Origin: Dehalococcoidia bacterium | Lineage (GTDB): Bacteria; Chloroflexota; Dehalococcoidia; Lucifugimonadales; UBA3495 | Length of the DNA: 32,129 bases | Assembly: GCA_047516825.1 (NCBI GenBank) | Contig: JAKZUA010000208.1 | Location: 1-32,129 of the forward strand | Reading direction: 5' to 3' | Shown: piece by piece, positions 18,381 to 27,262 of the stretch | How positions within the stretch are numbered: the first letter of the stretch is position 1 | Layout of the letters: each line of letters opens with the position of its first letter | Translations under genes and position numbers: made by a program | Notes under the pieces: generated by a model | Database searches by the model: none | What the model was told of the DNA's origin: nothing | The model's input: only the letters and a program-made list of their open reading frames with translations

Positions 18381-19424
18381 CTAAAAACTGCCGTAGCCCG
18401 GCGCATAGAGACAGGCCGCCCAATGTCCGGGTGCAACTTCCCGGAGCTCCGGGAAGACCTGCGGGCATTGGTCGGTGGCGATGGGACAGCGGGGGTGGAA
18501 CACGCAGCCACTGGGGGGATTCAGCGGGCTGGGTACCTCTCCGGTCAACAGGATTCGCTCGCGCTGGGCGTCGATAACTGGGTCGGGGATGGGAACAGCG
18601 GAAAGCAGCGCCTGAGTGTAGGGATGCAGCGGATTGCGATATATCTCGTTGCGGTCGGCGATCTCCACTATCTTACCCAGGTACATTACCGCCACCCGGT
18701 CGCTGATGTGCCGGACCACCGAGAGGTCGTGGGCGATAAACAAGTAAGTGAGGTGGAACTGATCCTGCAGGTCTTCCAGCAGGTTGATGATCTGGGCTTG
18801 AATGGAGACGTCCAACGCCGACACCGGCTCGTCGCAGACGATGAATCTGGGGTTCACCGACAGGGCTCGGGCCACCCCGATGCGCTGGCGCTGGCCGCCG
18901 CTGAATTCGTGGGGGAAGCGGTCAGCCATGTAGGGATTTAGTCCCACATTAAACAGTAGCTCGGCAACCCGCTCCTTGTACTCGGCCTTGCCGTTGACCA
19001 ATCCATGCACCACCAGCGGCTCGCCGATGATGTTGCCGGCGGTCATACGTGGGTTAAGGGAGCTGAAAGGGTCCTGGAAAATCACCTGCATTTGCCGGCG
19101 CATTTGCCGCATGCTACGGGTGTTAAGCTTGGTCAGCTCCTGCCCCTCAAATAAGATCTCTCCCTCCGTTGGGCGATATAGCTGCAAAATGCACCGCCCG
19201 GTGGTGGTCTTCCCGCAGCCGCTTTCTCCCACCAGGCCCAGGGTTTCCCCCTCCCGAACAAAGAAACTGACGCCGTCCACAGCCTTGATGTGGGCTACGG
19301 CCCTTTGGAAGATTAGTCCTGAGGTGACCGGAAAGTGCATCTTGAGGTTTCTTACCTCGAGCAGCACGTTGCCGTTGGCTCTCGCAGCGTTGTCCTGAGT
19401 TTCGGTGGACGGTGCAGTAGTCAT
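18381..19424 (-). CDS. Oligopeptide/dipeptide ABC transporter ATP-binding protein (OppF/DppF-like)
   Basis: Walker [10 protein letters not shown], signature FSGGQRQR, Walker [12 protein letters not shown] and the C-terminal oligopeptide-type extension (HPYTQALL, CxxRC). Confidence 0.9.
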   Translation of the reverse strand: MTTAPSTETQDNAARANGNVLLEVRNLKMHFPVTSGLIFQRAVAHIKAVDGVSFFVREGETLGLVGESGCGKTTTGRCILQLYRPTEGEILFEGQELTKLNTRSMRQMRRQMQVIFQDPFSSLNPRMTAGNIIGEPLVVHGLVNGKAEYKERVAELLFNVGLNPYMADRFPHEFSGGQRQRIGVARALSVNPRFIVCDEPVSALDVSIQAQIINLLEDLQDQFHLTYLFIAHDLSVVRHISDRVAVMYLGKIVEIADRNEIYRNPLHPYTQALLSAVPIPDPVIDAQRERILLTGEVPSPLNPPSGCVFHPRCPIATDQCPQVFPELREVAPGHWAACLYAPGYGSF

Positions 19425-19490
19425 TTCTGTCGCTCTCTGTGGCCTAGTCGGATTGGTTGATTGGGCTGGCGAGGCAACTCCGAGGGACTT

Positions 19491-20516
19491 TTAGGGTTCG
19501 GCTACTCCGGTGGCATCGCTCAAGAAACCAAGAGCTGATGCCCCCAGGTCATCGGCCCTCCAGCAGGCCGACAAATGACCTTCTCCAGCCTGCATCAAGG
19601 GTGGAATGTCGGTGGCGCATTTGTCCACCGCCCAAGGACACCTGACCCGGAAAGCGCAGCCTTCCGGCAGGTTGATCAGGTCGGGGGGTTGACCTTCAAT
19701 GGGTTCTAGCTTAGCCCTTCGGGGCAGGTCGAGACGGGGCACGGATTTTAGTAAGCCGACAGTGTAGGGGTGCCGGGGGTTGGCGTAGATTTCCTTTGCG
19801 GCGCCCCTCTCAATGATCTTGCCGGCGTACATAATGTTTACCCGGTCGGCGTAGCGGGCCACCACGCCCAAGTTGTGGGTAATGACGATGAGGGCCACGC
19901 CGAATTCGTAGGTAAGGGCCTTCATCAGTTCCAGTATCTGGGCCTGAATCGTTACGTCCAGCGCCGTGGTGGGCTCGTCGGCGATAATCAGCTTAGGGTT
20001 GCAGCTCAGGGCCATGGCGATCATGACCCGCTGACGCATCCCGCCGCTGAACTGGTGGGGATATTGGGTTACTCGGCGGTCCGGGTCAGGAATTCCGACC
20101 TTGGCCAGCAGGTCAATCGATTCCCGGCGGGCTACTTCCCTGGTCATGCCTTTGTGGAGCTGCAAGGTTTCGCTTAGCTGCTTCTCTACCGTTAGCACTG
20201 GGTTCAAGGAGGTCATAGGCTCTTGGAAGACCATGGCGATCTTGGCGCCCCTTATGGTGCGCATGTCGTTCATGTCGACCTTCAGAATATCCTCTCCGTC
20301 GAAATTTATCTCGCCTCCTACGATCTTGCCTGGCGGGTCCGGAATCAGCCGCATCACGGAAAGGGCGCTCACGCTCTTGCCGCAACCGCTCTCTCCCACC
20401 AACCCCAGGGTCTCTCCCTCCTCTATCTCGTAGGACACCCCGTCCACTGCCTTGACCACGCCTGCAAAGGTGTAGAAATAGGTTCTAAGGTCCTTCACCT
20501 CTAGTAGAGTTGGCAC
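19491..20516 (-). CDS. Oligopeptide/dipeptide ABC transporter ATP-binding protein (OppD/DppD-like)
   Basis: Walker A GESGCGKSV, signature FSGGMRQR, Walker B IIADEPTTALD and HPYTVGLL. GTG start follows AGGAGG. Confidence 0.9.
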   Translation of the reverse strand: MPTLLEVKDLRTYFYTFAGVVKAVDGVSYEIEEGETLGLVGESGCGKSVSALSVMRLIPDPPGKIVGGEINFDGEDILKVDMNDMRTIRGAKIAMVFQEPMTSLNPVLTVEKQLSETLQLHKGMTREVARRESIDLLAKVGIPDPDRRVTQYPHQFSGGMRQRVMIAMALSCNPKLIIADEPTTALDVTIQAQILELMKALTYEFGVALIVITHNLGVVARYADRVNIMYAGKIIERGAAKEIYANPRHPYTVGLLKSVPRLDLPRRAKLEPIEGQPPDLINLPEGCAFRVRCPWAVDKCATDIPPLMQAGEGHLSACWRADDLGASALGFLSDATGVAEP

Positions 20517-20627
20517 CTAACCTCCTGGCGCTCAAGACTGGCGGGTTTTGATTCCCGGCCCGTTCTTAGTCCTATGCCAGGTTGGAATTCCCCCGGGGTC
20601 TTGCCGTCTCCCCAGGGGTCTTGCCCT

Positions 20628-20712
20628 TGGTGGGGAAGGGGAGACTCGAACTCCCACGCCTTTCGGCACATGATCCTAAGTCATGCTCGTCTACCAATTC
20701 CGACACTTCCCC
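20628..20712 (-). tRNA. tRNA-Leu (anticodon TAG), CCA encoded
   Basis: Minus strand: GGGGAAG acceptor stem, anticodon arm CATGA-CTTAGGA-TCATG, long variable arm, T arm GGGAG-TTCGAGT-CTCCC, then CTTCCCC-A-CCA. Confidence 0.9.
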
Positions 20713-20813
20713 TCACCCAGCCGGTCCGAACCCCCGAACTGATGTCCGATTTCCATTTTGGAAGGGCCTGCGACGCCGCTTTGACAGCCGGTTAGTAAAA
20801 AAGCGGGGCATTT

Positions 20814-20889
20814 GGTGACCCGCCTCGGGGTCGAACCGAGAACCTACGGATTAAGAGTCCGTTGCTCTGCCAATTGAGCTAGCGGGCCA
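20814..20889 (-). tRNA. tRNA-Lys (anticodon CTT), CCA encoded
   Basis: Minus strand: GGCCCGC acceptor stem, D arm GCTC-AATTGGCA-GAGC, anticodon arm ACGGA-CTCTTAA-TCCGT, T arm CTCGG-TTCGACC-CCGAG, then GCGGGTC-A-CCA. Confidence 0.9.
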
Positions 20890-20918
20890 TGGCGCAATGC
20901 TCCCACACCGGGGGACCA

Positions 20919-20948
20919 GACTATCAATGCTGCCCCAGCATTGTCAAT
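20919..20948 (-). promoter_or_regulatory. Candidate promoter of the tRNA-Lys/tRNA-Leu unit
   Basis: On the minus strand: consensus TTGACA (20943-20948), a 17-18 nt spacer, then ATAGTC/TAGTCT (20919-20925). This is about 25-30 nt upstream of the tRNA-Lys 5' end. Confidence 0.35.
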
Positions 20949-21132
20949 AGATTAAACCCTTTCGGGACCATCGGGTCGCGGCACAATTCATTATCGTTGC
21001 CCTCTGTGACAGCAGAAGATTCGGTTGTCCTGAGTCGAATCGGATCGGCGCGCGCCGGAGGCCTTTTACTAATCGAGGCGACCGAAAAATCTCCGGCCGG
21101 GGCTGGCGCGTAGCCTAACTCGGTCCCTTCCC

Positions 21133-21160
21133 GTGCTCTAAACCCTGTGCTCTAAACCCC
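21133..21160. repeat. 14-bp tandem duplication overlapping the stop codon of the metallophosphoesterase gene
   Basis: GTGCTCTAAACCCT (21133-21146) then GTGCTCTAAACCCC (21147-21160). The first stop met on the minus strand is in the second copy, so the protein is unaffected. Confidence 0.9.
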
Positions 21161-21898
21161 GTAATTCAGCCGGTCTATCAGGCGCTGGGGTAACCGGGCT
21201 TGACGCATCCTCTTCTGGGTCTCGCCGATGTCGTAGCTGACTCGATGCCTGCTGATGGCGCCTTGGACGCTGTCATAGAGGGCATAGCTGGGGCGGGGAT
21301 CCCGGTCTCGCGGCTGACCGACACTGCCGGGGTTAATTATCCAGCGTTCCTCATTTGGGCGTTCCTCGTTGAGCACGAACTTCTGGTCCTCGGTAAAATC
21401 TACGAATGTTGGGTCGCCCTGGTTTTCTTGGCAAAGGAAAGGAATGTGGGAGTGGCTCACCAGACAGTACCTGGTGGAAAGCAGCTGGAAGGTGGCCAGG
21501 GCTGACTCCTCGCTCAGCAGATATTCCCAAAGCGGCTCCCGCAAGCTGCCGTGGACCAGGGTGAAGTCCTCGGAAGTTGTGGTGAGGGGCAACCCCCTCA
21601 AAAAGTCCTGGTCCTCCAGGGTTAGCTGCTGGGCAGTCCATAGAGCGGCCTCAGCCGCCGGGCCATTGAACTCCTCTACCCCCACCTGGCCGGTGGCGGC
21701 TTGATCGTGGTTACCTGCCACTGCCAGCAGGGGGTAGCCGCGAAGCAGCCCGAGGCAGGGCCTGGGGTCCGGCCCGTAGCCCACGGTGTCACCCAGGCAC
21801 CAAATCTGCTCAAAGCCACCCCGCTCTTCGGCGTCGGCCAGCACGGCCTGGAGGGCGATCAGATTGGAGTGGATGTCACCCAGTATTAACGTTTGCAT
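21152..21898 (-). CDS. Metallophosphoesterase family protein
   Basis: Calcineurin-like phosphoesterase motifs GDIHSN, GDTVGYGPDP, GNHD and SHSH. Confidence 0.8.
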   Translation of the reverse strand: MQTLILGDIHSNLIALQAVLADAEERGGFEQIWCLGDTVGYGPDPRPCLGLLRGYPLLAVAGNHDQAATGQVGVEEFNGPAAEAALWTAQQLTLEDQDFLRGLPLTTTSEDFTLVHGSLREPLWEYLLSEESALATFQLLSTRYCLVSHSHIPFLCQENQGDPTFVDFTEDQKFVLNEERPNEERWIINPGSVGQPRDRDPRPSYALYDSVQGAISRHRVSYDIGETQKRMRQARLPQRLIDRLNYGV

Positions 21899-22204
21899 TT
21901 AAGGGCCTTGGTAGGATTGATACATGGCATCCGGTATGGAGGATTGCCTTGGGCGAGCTTCGGCCGGTCAGGTTCCGTCTTGAAGGGTGGGTGAGAAAGA
22001 TTCCTCCTCGCTAAGGGAGAGAACCAGAGTTATCACTCCTTCATAAGGAACCACCACGATCCGCGCCTGTCTGGACCATATCATGCCAGGCTTGCCTTGC
22101 CTATTCCCCTGTAACCGGCTGGTGTATACTGGCGCTGGCGTGGCGAAATGGGCCCAAGCCCCCGAATCTTCCCCGTCCACCCCAAGAAAGGGAGGTGACG
22201 CAGC

Positions 22205-23503
22205 GTGGCAGACACCGTAATGGCCGCTCCACCTCAGCAGGCCAACCGAACCAAAAACTCGGTAATGGCCACCACCCTCATAGGAACCCACAGCCTGGAG
22301 CACATGTACGGGCACGGATTCCAGGTGTTGCTCCCGGCGATCTACCAGGCCTTCGGCTTGGTGCCCATAGAGGCAGGTCTGCTGGGTGCGGTGCGTCAGC
22401 TTTCCAGCGGCATAACCAGCACCGGCAGCGGATTCTTTGTAGACATGGTGCAGCACCGCAGAGGACAGATACTGTCCTTCAGCATGGTCTTGCTTGGTGT
22501 GGGATATCTGCTGGTGGCTCTTTCCCCCACCTATGTCCTCATCCTGGCGGCCCTTGTTTTAGCTTCCGCCGGCAGCGCGCTTTGGCATCCCCCGGCTTTG
22601 GGATTGCTGGCCCAGCGGTTCCCCCAGCGTCGCGGTCTGGTGATATCTCTGCACCGCTCTTTTGGCAACGTGGGTGATACCCTGGGTCCCCTAATTGTGG
22701 GGATTCTATTGGGCGGGTTCGTCCTGTGGCGGGTCGATGGAACCGTTTGGGATGGGATTAGCTGGCGTTGGATCGCCGGGGGCCTGTCTCCGGTGATGCT
22801 GCTGATGGCCGTAGTGGTGGGGATATTCCTGCGGAACGTGGGCGGTCCCAAACCCCCTCCCGTAGCCGTGGCGGTTAAGCTGAAGTCTCAGCTAACCAAC
22901 ATGAGAGAGGCCTTCCGCGGCGGTGGGATGTGGGCCATATTCGTCGTGTCCGCGATTCGAGGCATGGGGGACCGGACTATTGTATGGGCGATACCTTTCT
23001 ACATTGGTCTGGGGCCGGAGGATGGTGGATTGGACCAAGGCCCTATATGGGTGGGCATCTACGTGGCGTTACTAACCGGGCCCGGCATTATTGCCGGACC
23101 TATCTTCGGCGCCGCGTCGGATCGCATGGGCCGTAAGCCGCTGATTTCCTTTCTCATGGGCGTGGCAGTCCTTCTCTCCATCACAATGGCCCTGGGTGCG
23201 GGTGGGGCTGTGATGATCCTGGCGGTGGCCCTTTTCGGCTTGTTCCACTTCTCGGTGAACTCGCTAACGCAGGCGGCGGCGATGGACTTGGTTGCCGGAC
23301 GGCAGTTGGAATCGACTTTCATCGGTCTGCTCTGGGGAAGTAACGCGGCTTTCGGGGCGGTGGCGTCATTGGGCGCCGGAGCGTTGGTCGGGTTCTTCGG
23401 CTGGCAAATCGCGTTCTACCTCGCGGCAGGTTTTTTCTTGATAGGCTTCCTCAGCTCGCTGTTCCTTCCCAGCACCGGGTCTCCTCAGGTGCAGGGAACC
23501 TAG
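22205..23503 (+). CDS. MFS transporter
   Basis: About 12 predicted TM helices and an MFS loop motif region (GLLAQRFPQRRG). GGGAGG RBS 9 nt before GTG 22205. Confidence 0.8.
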   Translation: MADTVMAAPPQQANRTKNSVMATTLIGTHSLEHMYGHGFQVLLPAIYQAFGLVPIEAGLLGAVRQLSSGITSTGSGFFVDMVQHRRGQILSFSMVLLGVGYLLVALSPTYVLILAALVLASAGSALWHPPALGLLAQRFPQRRGLVISLHRSFGNVGDTLGPLIVGILLGGFVLWRVDGTVWDGISWRWIAGGLSPVMLLMAVVVGIFLRNVGGPKPPPVAVAVKLKSQLTNMREAFRGGGMWAIFVVSAIRGMGDRTIVWAIPFYIGLGPEDGGLDQGPIWVGIYVALLTGPGIIAGPIFGAASDRMGRKPLISFLMGVAVLLSITMALGAGGAVMILAVALFGLFHFSVNSLTQAAAMDLVAGRQLESTFIGLLWGSNAAFGAVASLGAGALVGFFGWQIAFYLAAGFFLIGFLSSLFLPSTGSPQVQGT

Positions 23504-23517
23504 CAACCAGGCGCTAG

Positions 23518-23991
23518 GTGTCGGCGACGAGGCAAGTAACCATCTATACCGACGGAGCCTGTCTGGGCAATCCTGGACCCGGCGGGTACGGCGCGGTGCT
23601 GCTCTACGGCTCCCAGCGTAAGGAGCTGTCGGGTGGCTTTAAGCTGACCACTAACAACCGCATGGAGATAACAGCGGCCCTGGCCGCTTTGGAAGCCTTG
23701 CGGGAGCCCTGCCGGGTGACCCTCTATAGCGACTCCCAATATCTGGTAAATGCCATGTCCAAGGGTTGGGCTCAGTGCTGGCAGGCCAACGGCTGGAAGC
23801 GAAACAAGCGGGAGGACGCGGTGAATCCGGACCTCTGGGAAAGGATGTTGGATTTGTGCCGGCGGCACACCGTCGAATTCCGCTGGGTGCGGGGCCACTC
23901 GGGAGCTAAAGAGAACGAGCGGTGCGATCGGCTGGCGGGGGCGGCCGCCCGAAACTCCGGCTTGCCCGACGACCCTGGATACAAACACTAA
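23518..23991 (+). CDS. rnhA: Ribonuclease HI
   Basis: [36 protein letters not shown] and WVRGHSG...NERCDRLA (the DEDD catalytic set). Confidence 0.9.
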   Translation: MSATRQVTIYTDGACLGNPGPGGYGAVLLYGSQRKELSGGFKLTTNNRMEITAALAALEALREPCRVTLYSDSQYLVNAMSKGWAQCWQANGWKRNKREDAVNPDLWERMLDLCRRHTVEFRWVRGHSGAKENERCDRLAGAAARNSGLPDDPGYKH

Positions 23992-23994
23992 TCC

Positions 23995-24429
23995 CTAATA
24001 CTACTTTGTTATGGGACATTCAAGGACCGTCTCTCGTTCGGATGGCGGCTTCGATGACCTGGATGAAGAACTCTTCATGGATGGACCTCCTTAAGGCAGC
24101 TAAACTTAGGCGACCCTTTGGGGGGGAAACCCGCCACCGAGGTGGCCGATGGAAACTGCCTGGGGCCATCGGTGGAGTTGGTCTGGGGCGCCAGGCAATG
24201 GTTGCGGCGAATGCTGAGGAAGGAATGGGCCATCATGACCAGAGCCACATGCCGGTGCAACCCAGTCCAGAACCTGCCCTCATAATCGTCCAGCCCCAGT
24301 TCTCCTTTGGCATCCTGGTAGAACCTCTCGATGACCCACCGGTTGTGGGCCAGGACCACCTGGTCCTGGAGGCTCCGGGAGTCCAGGCCCCAGGCGAAGC
24401 AGTATTTGGACTCTCCTTGCTGCCCCGGC
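23995..24429 (-). mobile_element. IS701-family insertion sequence, left-hand part (IRL plus transposase C-terminal ~1/4)
   Basis: IRL CTAATACTACTTTGTTA (23995-24011) begins 3 nt after the rnhA stop. Contains the transposase C-terminal fragment. The inner breakpoint lies in CCCGGC at 24424-24429. Confidence 0.75.
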
Positions 24430-24455
24430 GGACACAGACCTGGCCGCCGGCACAA
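24075..24455 (-). pseudogene. IS701-family DDE transposase, C-terminal fragment (~116 aa)
   Basis: GESKYCFAWGL...AHNRWVIERFYQDAKGELGLDDYEGRFWTGLHRHVALVMMAHSFL is the family-typical region holding the catalytic E. The first ~9 codons of the tracked ORF are antisense to the surface-protein gene. Confidence 0.8.
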
Positions 24456-24463
24456 CTTTCTTC

Positions 24464-26803
24464 GTGTTTGCTTCCTACCCGAAAATCAATGCTTCAGACA
24501 ACCTCGAATTGCAGGACGCATCATCGACATCCGCCGACACCGGCGGAGCGCCTGGTTGGAGCGTCCGCCGACTTTTTGAACGCAATCGCACCTCCCAAGG
24601 TAATTGGTCCAGTACATCCGGAGCGATGAAGATCCAGATCAACGGCAGCGCGGTGCTGGGTCACTCCTCCACCAACAGGCCAGGCACCGTCGTCCTGTCG
24701 GCGACCTCGCCCTTCAGCCCGAGCCAGCCCTACGAGGGCATACAGCTGACCGCCGCGATGACCAACCCAGACTCAGAGCCGGTGAAGGAACTGACGTGGC
24801 AGTGGTACAAGTTGGTGAGTGGAACCGAGACAGAAACCGACTGGCGCAAAATCAACGGCGCCATCAAGCAAAGCTACACGCCCACGATTCACGAAGAAGG
24901 CTACTTCCTGCGGGCCACCGCCAGCTACAAACAGACGTTCACCGACACGACCCTTGACCAGACCGCCCACGGCATGACCACAGGTTATGTGAAGGGCGAC
25001 ATCTCCGAGCCGCCGGGCGTGGACTTCGAGAATAACAGTGCCCTAGGCCGTTTACGGGTCGGCAAGTGGGTGACGGGCGCCATCAGCAACGAAACCGGTC
25101 GTCCTGGTGACCCCTTTACAGTGGACTTGGTGCAGGGGAGGAGATACCGGATCGACCTGGAGGGGACCGCCACCGGACGGGGCTCAATGCCCGACCCACT
25201 CTTGTCAAATGTGTACTACATTGTAGGTTCCGCTCTTCCGCAGGCGCCGGAGAGCTATGACAACGACAGCGGCAAGGGGGGCGTCAACGCCCAGATAACT
25301 TTCACCGCGGAAGTGACCGCCACTTACTACATTTTAGCCAATGGCAATAATTCCCAGGGCACCTACCGCCTGACCGTGCAGGAGATCGTGGACGACCTGG
25401 GCCTCTGGTATACCGACTGGGGGGCCGAGAAACTGGGCGGCTTCCTGCGCCCGAGCCAAGAGGCGACCGGGAACCTGTACGGCCCCCACATCATCGAGCG
25501 CAGCGGCGGACAACGGGATAAGGACGGGTTCCTGTTCTACCTGGGCTCCGACGAAGCGCCCATGAACAGCGACTACATCCTGACCATCCGGGGACAGAAC
25601 GCGCCCCGGCTCCAGGTGCAGACGTTCTACGACCTGTCCAATCTGGACGACTACATCGAAAACTTCAGCCTGGATCCCAAATTCATCGAGTTCCCCGGCA
25701 CCGAGTACGGCAACCCCGACCCTGACTTGTCCGACGCCGAGGCCGGCCGGATCAGGCCCGTTGTCCCATGGCCAGTGGGCACGGTGCTGGGCACCAGCCA
25801 GGAGGGAGAGTACCACCTGGTCTTCAACCCAGGTAGAGAGGACATCGGCGCCTACCTGGCCACCATCAAGAGCCACCGGAAGTATGACACCGGCCGCTAC
25901 GGGCTCGTGCTGCGCCGCTACGCCAGCATGTCGGAACCGGAGGGCGAAGACTTCGGAGCTTTGGATTGGAACACCAAGGGATACGTGCGAGTCGGCGAGT
26001 CGGTGACGGGGAACATTGACGACGGAGGGAGCGATAACGACGTCTTCGCCACGCTGCTGCAGGAGGGCCGGACCTACCTGATCGAGGTGAAGGGGTCCGA
26101 AACCTGCCACGGCACCATGCCGGACCCGTCGATAATGGAGCTGGTAGCCGCCAAACCGGGATCGTTGGAGGCCAGCTTTGCTGGGGCGACGGAAGTCGCG
26201 TGCCCCAACATTTCCGATTGTGGGGACGACGACGGCGGCCAGGGCCTCAACTCCCGGATAGTCTATTCTCCGCGTGAGACCAACCTGTTCTACATCAACG
26301 TAAGCGACCTCAAAGTCAACTTTACGCCCGAGCCCTTCAGTCCCAGCAGGGAGGGCACCTACACCCTGTCGGTGACCGACATAACGGACATCCCGCGCAT
26401 CGTCACCGACGGGGTACGGGTGACCTCCACACCAGCCTCCGGCGACGCCTATCGCGAAGGCGAGAACATCGAGATCACCGTCACCTTCAGTAAGGCGGTG
26501 GTGGTCAGCGGAAGCCCGCAGTTCGAGTTCTGCATGGGTTCGGGAGAATGCGTGGACGGCGACGACCCGCCGGCCTGGCGGAGGGCCAGTCTGATCTCCG
26601 GCAACGGCACCACCGAACTGGTGTTCACCTACACCGTGCAAACCGGCGACAGCGACGGCGACGGCATCTGGATCGGCGACCACACCCGCACCCTGAAGCT
26701 GGACGCGGAGGACACGATCCAGGACGTGTCCAGCAGAAAGGACGCCATCCTCAACCACGATGCGCCGGGCACCCAGTCCGGCCACAAGGTGGACACCAGC
26801 TGA
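24464..26803 (+). CDS. Extracellular multi-domain protein (Ig-like + three PPC-like modules + C-terminal Ig-like module); probably the 3' piece of the gene begun at 190
   Basis: PPC-type modules end in GTYRLTV, GRYGLVL and GTYTLSV. Ig-like segment LTWQWYKL...GYFLRATASY. There is no signal peptide and no SD. The frame is open upstream through the IS junction. Confidence 0.7.
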   Translation: MFASYPKINASDNLELQDASSTSADTGGAPGWSVRRLFERNRTSQGNWSSTSGAMKIQINGSAVLGHSSTNRPGTVVLSATSPFSPSQPYEGIQLTAAMTNPDSEPVKELTWQWYKLVSGTETETDWRKINGAIKQSYTPTIHEEGYFLRATASYKQTFTDTTLDQTAHGMTTGYVKGDISEPPGVDFENNSALGRLRVGKWVTGAISNETGRPGDPFTVDLVQGRRYRIDLEGTATGRGSMPDPLLSNVYYIVGSALPQAPESYDNDSGKGGVNAQITFTAEVTATYYILANGNNSQGTYRLTVQEIVDDLGLWYTDWGAEKLGGFLRPSQEATGNLYGPHIIERSGGQRDKDGFLFYLGSDEAPMNSDYILTIRGQNAPRLQVQTFYDLSNLDDYIENFSLDPKFIEFPGTEYGNPDPDLSDAEAGRIRPVVPWPVGTVLGTSQEGEYHLVFNPGREDIGAYLATIKSHRKYDTGRYGLVLRRYASMSEPEGEDFGALDWNTKGYVRVGESVTGNIDDGGSDNDVFATLLQEGRTYLIEVKGSETCHGTMPDPSIMELVAAKPGSLEASFAGATEVACPNISDCGDDDGGQGLNSRIVYSPRETNLFYINVSDLKVNFTPEPFSPSREGTYTLSVTDITDIPRIVTDGVRVTSTPASGDAYREGENIEITVTFSKAVVVSGSPQFEFCMGSGECVDGDDPPAWRRASLISGNGTTELVFTYTVQTGDSDGDGIWIGDHTRTLKLDAEDTIQDVSSRKDAILNHDAPGTQSGHKVDTS

Positions 26804-26856
26804 TCCCGTAACGCCAGGCAGGGCGACAAAAAGCCCGCACACCTGAACCAAGCAGG

Positions 26857-26885
26857 GGCGGCCGCCGCAACACGCTGCGGCCGCC
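26857..26885 (+). terminator. GC-rich hairpin downstream of the surface-protein gene (possible terminator, no U-tract)
   Basis: GGCGGCCGC (26857-26865) pairs with GCGGCCGCC (26877-26885) across an 11-nt loop. Each arm contains a GCGGCCGC palindrome. Confidence 0.3.
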
Positions 26886-27262
26886 GACTTCCATCACCCC
26901 CGTCCCGGGGAAGGCCGAATCAGGGACTCCACTCTCCCCCTGAGGAGGTCCAACCCGGGACGGGACCAGGGCCACGGCCGCGGCGCCCCCCGGGCCTCCC
27001 TGCCGCCGCCTGGCCCGGGGAGTACTGATGCCCAGACGGCCAGGGAGGCGCACCATCACTCAGGAGAATACCGCCAACACCAACGCCCACGAACACAAGG
27101 TTGTGGAATACTGGCCTGCCCGGTGGATTCCCCGCTCCGCAGGGACGCGGAGGTATGCGCCTGCGGAGCCCAGCGGCTCGTGGACCAGGAGGGGAAACCC
27201 CGCCGGCATCTGGTCCGAGATGAGACCGGCGCCATACGCGAACCCCATCGGCCACATCGATT

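Noticed and set aside
17647-18941. Plus-strand ORFs of 240 aa and 197 aa (17647-18369 and 18348-18941)
   Set aside because: They are antisense shadows of lepA and the OppF-like ATPase that run through the intergenic terminator region. They have no motifs.
20574-20818. 73-aa and 78-aa plus-strand ORFs
   Set aside because: They overlap tRNA-Leu and tRNA-Lys on the opposite strand and are spurious.
20628-21151. tRNA-adjacent genomic island insertion next to tRNA-Leu/tRNA-Lys
   Set aside because: I found no duplicated tRNA 3' segment (att-like direct repeat) and no integrase. The flanking genes are ordinary.
23922-24629. 235-aa plus-strand ORF overlapping the rnhA 3' end, the IS left half and the junction
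   Set aside because: It crosses three unrelated sequence units (rnhA tail, IS, surface gene) in a frame that matches none of them. It is an artefact.
25334-26851. 505-aa ORF on the minus strand
   Set aside because: It is antisense to the PPC-module surface protein. Its Gly/Val/Ala/Arg-rich sequence has no domain signatures. It is a shadow ORF.
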